Below, one piece after another: positions 28,601-39,219 of a DNA stretch of 64,000 nt. Position 1 is the first letter of the stretch. Every line of letters starts with the position of its first letter. Below the pieces are notes generated by a model. It searched no databases. It was not told the origin of the DNA and worked only from the letters and a program-made list of their open reading frames with translations. Both the position numbers and the translations under genes were made by a program. The stretch lies in NCBI GenBank assembly GCA_028826165.1, contig JAPDFW010000086.1:1-64000 (forward strand), in the 5' to 3' direction. This DNA is from Anaeramoeba ignava BMAN (taxonomy: Eukaryota; Protista; Anaeramoebae).

Positions 28601-29923
28601 CCAAAAAAAACTTTCAAAGAAATACAATCCATTTAAAAAAAGATCATTACAACCTCCAAAACAAACCACCACAACTAAAAAACATACACAAAACAATATC
28701 ATCAATTTTCCACGAATTCAACAACACACTTTTAAAATCAAAAACAGAAAGTGGAGCGACAGCAATAATTTGCCTTTTGATACAACAACATTATTACATA
28801 ATAACAATGGGAAATTCACGAGCAATTGTATCAAGAAGAGGGGAATCAGTTGAAATTTCTCGATCTACAAAACCAGAAGACAAAAAAGAACATGAAAGAA
28901 TAAGGAAACTTGGCGGATTAGTAACACGAAACGGATTGATAAATGGAGCAATTGGAGTTTCTCGTGGATTCGGATATTTTAGCTATCATCCGTTCGTTAT
29001 TTGCGAACCAATCATCACTCGATCAAGAATAGAAGCTGATGATTCTCATCTTATTATCGCAACAGAAGGTGTCTGGCAAGTAATTTCTCCTCAAGAAGCT
29101 GTCGGCTTCACTTCTTCTATTAAAGACCCTTATCGTTCTTCTTTATTTATAAGAAATTTGGCTTATTCTCGAGGAGCCACTCATAATATTTCTGTTGTTG
29201 TTGTCGATTTAAATCCTAAAGAAACTGATAGAGCTTTTCTTAAAAATCAAATTTCTATTCAAGAAAAAGAAAGAAATGATTTCATTTTGTCTCAAAGAGA
29301 AATTCTTGCTGATTTTGTTGAAAAATCAAAAACTAAAAAAGCTCAACAAATCAAAAGAAAAATCAATAATCAACCAAAATTAAAAAATATTTTCAATTCA
29401 AGAATAATTTCAAAATCAAAATCCAATTTCAATTACAATTCTTTTTACAATTACAACCACAACACAATTTCCAATTCAAATTCTTTCTCTTTTTCATTTT
29501 CAAATTCTAATTCAAATTCAGTTTCAAAATCAAAATCAAAATCAAAATCAAAATCAAAACAAAACCAAAAATTTAAAAAAGAAAATTCAAAAAAACCAAA
29601 AAAGTTCAAGAATTTTAACACACTTTCAAATTTACATCAACAAAATGCATTTGAATTTTCAACAGAAACAACTTTAGAAGAAGATAGTTCAAATTATTCA
29701 CATCAAAAAATGACAAAATTCCCACCTTTAAAAATTGAAAATAATCAAAATCAAAATCAAAATTTAAATCAAAATCAAAATCAAAAGTGATTCTGAAAAT
29801 ATTAATGATTTTTTGGATTTATTTGTTGAAAACAAAAATAATTTAAATTTTAATTTAGATTCTGATAAAACTCTTACTCTTAATGATTCTTCCGATTTGG
29901 AACAAAATTTGGATCATAATTGA
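25646..29923 (+). CDS. LRR + PP2C-like protein (PHLPP/Cyr1-like architecture), probably N-myristoylated; split by apparent frameshifts
   Basis: MGACSTK start and more than 20 LRRs, followed by PP2C-like motifs RGQRPTMEN, YDGHAG, SGATA, GNSRA, VSRGFG, IATEGVW, ATHNISVVVV. Frameshifts at ~27012, within 28505-28680, and ~29785. Confidence 0.82.
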
Positions 29924-30078
29924 ATTTATTCATTTATATATTTCAAAATTGTTTTTTCTTTTTTTTTGTTATTGTTTTTAATAAAAAAAAAATTTATTGT
30001 TGTTTCAAAAAAAAAAAAAGTAAAAAATTTTTAATTTTCATTTTTTTTCTTTCTTTTTAATTAAATTAAATAAAATAA

Positions 30079-31294
30079 ATGGATCTTCCTGAACTTCGTT
30101 CAATTAATGATTTTGGAGATTTAGCTGAAATTGGACAAGGAACATATGGAGTTGTTTTTCGAGTACAATTTATCCAAAAAAAATATTTATTTAATTCATT
30201 TCAAAATAATTCAATTTAAATTTCCAAATCAAAAAAAAATTAAAAAAAAAATTTATCCGAATTTCAATTACCCAAAAAAATATTCGAAAAATTCAATTAA
30301 AAAATATTGGAATCAATTGGAAAAAATACTTGAAATATTCTATTTAAAAAAAAATCAAATGTATAAAAAAAAGGCAAAAGATCTCAAAACAAAAGAAATT
30401 GTTGCACTTAAAAAAGTGAAAATGGGAGAAAAAGAAAAAGAAGGATTTCCAATAACAACATTACGAGAATACAGAATCCTAAAAAAAATCAAGCATCGTA
30501 ATATAATCAATCTACACGAAATAGTTTGCGGGGATGAAGTGGATGAATTTTATCTAGTTTTTGATTTTTGTCCGCATGATCTTTCTCGACTTTTAGCAAC
30601 AATGACAACAAAGCATTCCCCATTTACAGTTTCAGAAATCAAATCATTGATGATACAGCTCCTGAACGCAGTAGCATATGCGCATGAGAACCATGTTATT
30701 CATAGGGATATTAAGTTGTCAAATCTTCTATTCAATGATCAAGGCGAACTGAAGTTATGTGATTTCGGACTTTCAAGAGAAATAGATAACTCCACAGAGG
30801 CCATGACTCCTATTGTGCAATCTCTTTGGTACCGCGCTCCAGAGGTTCTTCTCGGAGAGACTCATTACACAGAAAAGATTGATATGTGGTCTGTTGGGTG
30901 TATAATGGGGGAATTGATCCAAAATCAACCTCTTTTTCAAGGATTAAGTGAACTCGACCAACTGAGTAAGATATTTAAAGTTCTTGGTACGCCTTCTGTT
31001 AAGTTATGGCCTAAATATCCAGATCTTCCGGGCGTTAAGATGTTTCAGTTGCCTCAATATGAATATAATGAACTCCAAAAATTGTTCCCTTTTCTTTCTT
31101 CTGATGGATTGGATATTTTGAATAGAATGTTAACTTATGATTTTGAAAAGAGAATTTCTGCAAAAGATGCTTTGTTACATCCTTATTGGTCTCAATCTCC
31201 TCTTCCAAAAGATGTTCAAATGATTCGTACTTTTCCTTCTTCTTTTCGTCCTATTAATAAAAAATCTCATTTTCATTTTAGTAATCAAAAATAA
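30079..31294 (+). CDS. Cyclin-dependent kinase, CDK10/CDK11 family
   Basis: Exon 1 30079-30162 (IGQGTYGVVFR), intron 30163-30373, then EKEGFPITTLRE (PITSLRE-like), HRDIK, DFGL, SLWYRAPEVLLG. Confidence 0.92.
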
Positions 31295-31321
31295 TCCAAT
31301 TTTTTTTTTCAAATTTTTAAA

Positions 31322-34300
31322 TTGAAAAGAAAGAAAATCGGATAAAATTTAATTTAATAATTTTATATAAAATTGAATAAAATTAAATTTAATAAATTTA
31401 TATAAAATTAATTTAATTTTAATTTTAAATTAAAAAGAAAGAAAATTGGATAAAATTTAATTTAATAAATTTAAATAAAATTAATTTAATTTTGATTTTA
31501 AATTTAAAAAGAAAGAAAATTGGATAAAAAATTTAATTTAATAAATTTATATAAATTTAATTTAATTCAAATTTTAAATTAAAAAGAAAGGAAATCGGAT
31601 AAAATTTAATTTAATAAATTTATATAAAATTAATTTAAATTTAATTTTAAATTGAAAAGAAAGGAAATCGGATAAAATTTAATTTAATAAATTTAAATAA
31701 AATTAATTTAAATTTTGATTTTAAATTTAAAAAGAAAGAAAATCGGATAAAATTTAAATAAAATTAATTTAATAAATTTAAATAAAATTAATTTAATTTT
31801 GATTTTAAATTAAAAAGAAAGAAAATCGGATAAAAAATTTAATTTAATAAATTTATATAAAATTAATTTAAATTTTGATTTTAAATTAAAAAGAAAGAAA
31901 ATCGGATAAAAATTTATATAAAATTAATTTAATTTTAATTTTAAATTAAAAAGAAAGAAAATTGGATAAAATTTAATTTAATAAATTTAAATAAAATTAA
32001 TTTAAATTTTGATTTTAAATTAAAAGAAAGAAAATTGGATAAAAATTAATTTAATAAATTTAAATAAAATTAATTTAATTTTGATTTTAAATTAAAAAAG
32101 AAAGGAAATCGGATAAAATTTAATTTAATAAATTTATTTAAAATTTATTTAATTTTGATTTTAAATTAAAAAAGAAAGGAAATCGGATAAAATTTAATTT
32201 AATAAATTTATTTAAAATTTATTTAAAATTAATTTAAATTTGATTTTAAATTTGATTTTAAATTTAAAAAGAAAGAAAATTGGATAAAATTTAATTTAAT
32301 AAATTTATATAAAATTAATTTAAATTTTGATTTTAAATTTAAAAAGAAAGAAAATTGGATAAAATTTAATTTAATAAATTTATTTAAAATTAATTTAATT
32401 TTGATTTTAAATTTAAAAAGAAAGGAAATCGGATAAAATTTTATTTAATAAATTTATATAAAATTAATTTAAATTTTGATTTTAAATTTAAAAAGAAAGG
32501 AAATCGGATAAAATTTAATTTAATAAATTAATATAAAATTAATTTAAATTTTGATTTTAAATTTAAAAAGAAAGGAAATCAGATAAAATTTAATTTAATA
32601 AATTAATATAAAATTAATTTAATTTTGATTTTAAATTTGAAAAGAAAGAAAATCGGATAAAAAATTTAATTTAATAAATTTATATAAAATTAATTTAAAT
32701 TTGATTTTAAATTAAAAAGAAAGAAAATCGGATAAAAAATTTAATTTAATAAATTTAAATAAATTAATTTAAATTTTGATTTTAAATTAAAAAGAAAGGA
32801 AATCGGATAAAATTTAATTTAATAAAATTAAATAAAATTAATTTAAATTTGATTTTAAATTAAAAAGAAAGAAAATTGGATAAAATTTAATTTAATAAAT
32901 TTAAATAAAATAAATTTAATTTTGATTTTAAATTAAAAAGAAAGGAAATCGGATAAAATTTAATTTAATAAATTTATATAAAATTAATTTAATTTTGATT
33001 TTAAATTGAAAAGAAAGGAAATAGGATAAAATTTAATTTAATAAATTTAAATAAAATTAATTTAAATTTTGATTTTAAATTAAAAAGAAAGAAAATCGGA
33101 TAAAAAATTTAATTTAATAAATTTAAATAAATTAATTTAAATTTTGATTTTAAATTAAAAAGAAAGGAAATCGGATAAAATTTAATTTAATAAATTTAAA
33201 TAAAATTAATTTAAATTTTGATTTTAAATTGAAAAGAAAGGAAATCGGATAAAATTTAATTTAATAAATTTATATAAAATTAATTTAATTTTAATTTTAA
33301 ATTTAAAAAGAAAGAAAATTGGATAAAATTTAATTTAATAATTTTATATAAAATTAATTTAAATTTGATTTTAAATTGAAAAGAAAGAAAATTGGATAAA
33401 AATTTAATTTAATAAATTTAAATAAAATTAATTTAAATTTTGATTTTAAATTAAAAAGAAAGAAAATTGGATAAAATTTAATTTAATAAATTTATATAAA
33501 ATTAATTTAATTTTGATTTTAAATTTAAAAAGAAAGAAAATTGGATAAAATTTAATTTAATAAAATTATATAAAATTAATTTAATTTTGATTTTAAATTT
33601 AAAAGAAAGAAAATCGGATAAAATTTAATTTAATAAATTTTATATAAAATTAATTTAAATTTTATTTTAATTTGAAAAGAAAGAAAATCGGATAAAATTA
33701 AATAAAATTAATTTAATTTTGATTTTAAATTGAAAAGAAAGGAAATTGGATAAATTTTAATTTAATAAAATTAAATAAAATTAATTTAAATTTAATTTTA
33801 AATTAAAAAGAAAGAAAATTGGATAAAATTTAATTTAATAAATTTAAATAAAATTAATTTAAATTTTGATTTTAAATTGAAAAGAAAGAAAATTGGATAA
33901 AATTTTAAATAAAATTAATTTAAATTTTGATTTTAAATTAAAAAGAAAGAAAATTGGATAAAATTTAATTTAATAAATTTATATAAAATTAATTTAAATT
34001 TGATTTTAAATTTAAAAGAAAGAAAATTGGATAAAATTTAATTTAATAAATTTATATAAAATTAATTTAAATTTTGATTTTAAATTTAAAAAGAAAGAAA
34101 ATTGGATAAAAATTTATATAAAATTAATTTAATAAATTTAAATAAAATTAATTTTAATTTTGATTTTAAATTTAAAAAGAAAGAAAATCGGATAAAATTT
34201 AATTTAAAAAAATTTATATAAAATTAATTTTAATTTTGATTTTAAATTGAAAAGAAAGGAAATTGGATAAAAATTTAATTTAATAAATTTAAATAAAATT

Positions 34301-34508
34301 AATTTAAATTTTGATTTTAAATTGAAAAGAAAGAAAATCGGATAAAATTTTATTTAATAAATTTATTTAAAATTAATTTAATTTTGATTTTAAATTTAAA
34401 AAGAAAGAAAATTGGATAAAATTTAATTTAATAAATTTATATAAAATTAATTTTAATTTTGATTTTAAATTGAAAAGAAAGAAAATCGGATAAAAATTTG
34501 ATTTTAAA
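31322..34508. repeat. Minisatellite array, ~73-bp unit, 43 copies counted
   Basis: Unit is approximately AAAAGAAAG(A/G)AAAT(C/T)GGATAAAATTTAATTTAATAAATTTA(T/A)ATAAAATTAATTTAAATTTTGATTTTAAATT. Copies differ by point changes and small indels, with no unique spacers. Confidence 0.95.
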
Positions 34509-34525
34509 AAAATTTTTTTTTTTTT

Positions 34526-34860
34526 TCATTTTTTTAAACTCTCTACTCTTGGATTTAATTTATTTCAATTTTTTTAGAACCAACGACAGAGAGGAAATTA
34601 ATGTTTGTCTGTTTCTTTCTGTTCTATGATTTTTCTATTTGTAGGACAATCACTTTGCAGACTTAAATTTTAAAATTAAAAAAAAATTAAAAAAAAATTA
34701 AAAAAAAAATTAAAAAAATTTTTTTTTTCATTTTCTATCGTCTCTTTGTTAAGGAGTTTGTTTGTTTATTTTTATTAGAATTTATTTTGTTTAATAAGAT
34801 AAATTGAATTTAAAAATAAAAAATACTTACAAAACCCACCGCCAAAGAGAAAAGTTTATC
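34526..34860. other. Unexplained GC-richer non-coding island (candidate ncRNA)
   Basis: Two + strand hairpins with G-U pairs (34586-34622, 34627-34652) and Inr-like TCATTTT at 34526 and 34728. Only a 21-codon ORF (34601-34666) is present. Confidence 0.3.
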
Positions 34861-35080
34861 TAAATTTCTTTTTTTTGAATAAAATAAATTTTTTTTTTAA
34901 AATTAAATTTTTAATAAAAAAAAATAATTCAAAAAAGAAAAAAGAAATAAAGAAAATTATTTTAATTTGACATTTAAAAACTTGTCAAGTTGTCGATTTT
35001 TTTTTTAATAAATAAATTATTCAAAAAAAAATATTTTTTATTCCATTTTTTTATTCCATTTTTCTTCTTTAATTTCAAAA

Positions 35081-38000
35081 ATGTTAAATCCAAATTTAAA
35101 TCCAAATTCAAATCCAAAAAAAAAGTAAAAAAAAAAAGTAAAAAAAAAATTAAAAATAAAAAATTAATCTTAAAAATTTAAAAAAGAAATTCAAAGAACA
35201 AATTTAAATCAAAATCACAACCAAATCCTCAATCATTTCTAAATTCAAATCCTAAATTAACCTCTTTAAAATCTGTTTCCTTTTCTCTTTCTCTTTCTCA
35301 AGAAAATTTATTTAACAAAAAAGAAGAACAAAAAGAATTGAAATTTGATTCGTTGAAAACTCCACAAATTTCACAGAAATTTACAAAAATCCATCCAAAA
35401 AATCATGAGAATCATTTTTCTGATTTATTCCATATTTTTTCAAAAAAAAATCAAATTGAAATTGAAAGAGATGGAAAAGATCTCGATTTTTCAGATTATC
35501 GAAATATTTTTGAAGAGGATTCTGATTTAGATCAAGAATATCAAAAAAATAGGAATAATAAAAACAATAAAAACAATAAAAACAAGACAAATCAAATTTC
35601 AAATGAATCAAATGATTCAAATCAAAATATTACATTAATGAAATATTGGAATTTAAATGATGTAAATGATTCCATTCATAATTTTCAATTATTCAAAAAT
35701 CCAAAATCAAAATCAAAATCAAAATCAAAATCAAAATCAAAATTAAATCAATCAAATCAATTAAATCAATTAAATGAAAAAAGTGGTTTATTTTCAAATT
35801 TAAATCAATCAAATCAATTAAATCAATTAAATCAAAAAAGTGGTTTATTTTCAAATTTAAATCAATCAAATGATTCAATTCAATTAAATGAAAAAAGTGG
35901 TTTATTTTCAAATTTAAATCAATTAAATCAATTAAATCAAAAAAGTGGTTTATTTTCAAATCCAAATCAATCAAATGATTCAATTCAAGATTTCCAAATA
36001 TTTAGAAATTTAAATGAATCAAATCCAAATGAATCAAATAATTCAAATCAATTAAATCCAAAAAGTGGTTTATTTTCAAATCCAAATCAATCAAATGATT
36101 CAATTCAATTAAATCAAAAAAGTGGTTTATTTTCAAATCCAAATCAATCAATTCAATTAAATGAAAAAAGTGGTTTATTTTCAAATTTAAATTCATTTTT
36201 AAATTCAAATTCAAATGAATCAAATCCAAATCAATCAAATAATTCAAATCAATTAAATAAAAAAAGTTGTTTATTTTCAAATCTAAATCAATTAAATCAA
36301 TTAAATGAAAAAAGTGGTTTATTTTCAAATTTAAATCAATCAAATCAATTAAATCAATTAAATAAAAAAAGTGGTTTATTTTCAAATTTAAATCAATCAA
36401 ATGATTCAATTCAATTAAATGAAAAAAGTGGTTTATTTTCAAATCCAAATCAATCAAATGATTCAATTCAATTAAATCCAAAAAATGGTTTATTTTCAAA
36501 TTTAAATCAATCAAATGATTCAATTCAATTAAATCAAAAAAGTGGTTTATTTTCAAATCCAAATCAATCAAATGATTCAATTCAAGATTTCCAAATATTT
36601 AAAAATTTAAATGAATCAAATTCAAATGAATCAAATCCAAATCAATCAAATAATTCAATTCAATTAAATCAAAAAAGTGGTTTATTTTCAAATCCAAATC
36701 AATCAAATCAATCAATTCAATTAAATCAAAAAAGTGGTTTATTTTCAAATCCAAATCAATCAAATCAATTCAAAAATGAAAAAAGTGGTTTATTTTCAAA
36801 TCCAAATCAATCAAATCAATTAAATGAAAAAAATGGTTTATTTTCAAATTTAAATCAATCAAATGATTCAATTCAATTAAATGAAAAAAGTGGTTTATTT
36901 TCAAATCCAAATCAATTAAATGATTCAATTCAAGATTTCCAAATATTTAGAAATTCAAAACCAAAACCAAAACCAAAACCAAAACCAAAATCAAAATCAA
37001 AATCAAAATCAAAATCAAAATCAAAATTAAATCAATCAAATCAATTAAATCAATTAAATAAAAAAAGTGGTTTATTTTCAAATTTAAATCAATTAAATCA
37101 ATTAAATGAAAAAAGTGGTTTATTTTCAAATTTAAATTCAAATCAAACAAATGAAAAAAGTGGTTTATTTTCAAATTTAAATCAATCAAATCAATTAAAT
37201 AAAAAAAGTGGTTTATTTTCAAATTTAAATCAATCAAATCAATTAAATGAAAAAAGTGGTTTATTTTCAAATTTAAATCAATCAAATGATTCAATTCAAT
37301 TAAATAAAAAAAGTGGTTTATTTTCAAATCCAAATCAATTAAATCAATCAATTCAATTAAATCCAAAAAGTGGTTTATTTTCAAATTTAAATCAATTAAA
37401 TGATTCAATTCAATTAAATCAAAAAAGTGGTTTATTTTCAAATTTAAATCAATCAAATGATTCAATTCAAGATTTCCAAATATTTAAAAATTTAAATGAA
37501 TCAAATTCAAATGAATCAAATCCAAATCAATCAAATAATTCAATTCAATTAAATAAAAAAAGTGGTTTATTTTCAAATCCAAATGAATCAAATGATTCAA
37601 TTCAATTAGATCAAAAAAGTGGTTTATTTTCAAATTTAAATCAATCAAATGATTCAATTCAAGATATTCAAATATTTAAAAATTCAAAATCAAATTCAAA
37701 ATCAAATTCAAAATCAAAATCTAAAATAAACTCAAAATCAAAATCAAAATCAAAATCAAAATCAAAATCAAAACCAAAATCAAAATCTAAAATAAATTCA
37801 AAATCAAAATCAAAACCAAAACCAAAACCAAAATCAAAGCCAAAATCAAAACCAAAATCAAAATCAAAATCAAAATCAAAATCAAAACCAAAACCAAAAT
37901 CAAAATCAAAGCAAAATGATTCAATTTTTAAAAATTCAAATGATTCAATTCAAGATATTCAAATATTCCAAAATTTAAATTCAAAACAAAATGATTCAAT

Positions 38001-39024
38001 TTTTAATATAAATGCAAATGATTCAATTCAAGATATTCAAATATTTAAAAATTTAAATTCAAAATCAAAATCAAAATCAAAATCAAAACCAAAATCAAAA
38101 TCAAAATCAAAATCAAAATCAAAATCAAAATCAAAATCAAATTCAAAGCAAAATGATTCAATTTTTAATATAAATGCAAATGATTCAATTCAAGATATTC
38201 AAATATTTAAAAATTTAAATTCAAAACAAAATGATTCAATTTTTAATATAAATGCAAATGATTCAATTCAAGATATTCAAATATTTAAAAATTCAAATCT
38301 AAAAAAAAAACCAAAACAAATCAATTTATCTAAATTGAAATTTGAAATTGTAGAAAATGGAATTCAAACAAATCAAAAAGAAAAAGAAAAAGAAAAAAAA
38401 CAAAAATTTGAAATTATTGAGGATATAAAATCATTTGAACAAAAAAAAGAACCGAAAAAAACAAAAGAAAAAAACCTAAAAATTGGATCAATAAGAAAAA
38501 TCACAATGTCTACAACAACAAGAAGAAGAAGAAGAATGCTTCAAAGAAGAATTGCCCAAAAAAGTGGAACAGGAAAAATTTCACAAAAAAAAACAGAAGG
38601 AACTGTAAATTCATATGATCTAAGAAAATCTCATTTGAGACAATTTTACGAAAGAAATACAGGAATAAAAGTTCCAGAAAATCAACATGTTGCTCATTAT
38701 GTGGGTTTGGAAGTTATTGCATTTTCAATGAATAAATTAAAATCCTTTTGGACTGAAGAAGAAATCAAACAAGCACACAAAATTGCAAATCAATTATCTA
38801 ATTTAACAACTGAAGATCGTGCTCAAAATCTTGGACCAGATAGACAATTTGATACTAAATTGAAAAAGATTATTTTAGGCAAACAAATCTCTACAATTTC
38901 CAATTTTGAAAAAGAAAGAATGGAAGTAATTCTTAAACATGCAAAAGAAAGTAAAATGGATCAAACAGATTGGGGAAAAATTATAATTAAAGCTTTGGAA
39001 GAATTTATCAAAAAAATGAATTAA
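35081..39024 (+). CDS. N/Q/S-rich GLFS-repeat protein with SK/KP tracts and a C-terminal HNH-like (His-Me finger) domain
   Basis: Frame is open 35182-39024. The likely ATG at 35081 needs homopolymer correction. 27 GLFS plus 1 CLFS repeats. C-terminal QHVAHYVGLEV...ANQLSNLTTEDRAQNLGPD. Confidence 0.7.
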
Positions 39025-39219
39025 AAAAAAATTAATTTTTTGTATTTTTTGTTTTTTGAATTTTCTGTTCCTTTCTTGTTATTGATTAAAAAATTAAAAA
39101 ATTAATTGATTTGTTTTTTTTTTTTGAATTGGATCTTTTTTGATTAAATTTTTTTTGAAAAAGAAAAATTTCCAAAAAAAAGGAAAGAAAAAAAAGAGAA
39201 AAAAGAAAGAAGGAAAGAA

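Noticed and set aside
31322-34508. CRISPR array
   Set aside because: The entire unit repeats, with no unique spacers and no cas genes; the context is eukaryotic.
34586-34604. U6 snRNA (ACAGAGA box)
   Set aside because: The following AGATTAGCATG/AGC triad and internal stem-loop are absent.
34813-34860. U1 snRNA (starts ATACTTAC)
   Set aside because: It lacks the following CTGG, the stem-loop I/II motifs and a recognisable U1 fold.
35700-37680. Bona fide Nup98/Nup116 ortholog
   Set aside because: The repeats are GLFS, not FG, and I see no GLEBS or autoproteolytic HFS motif.
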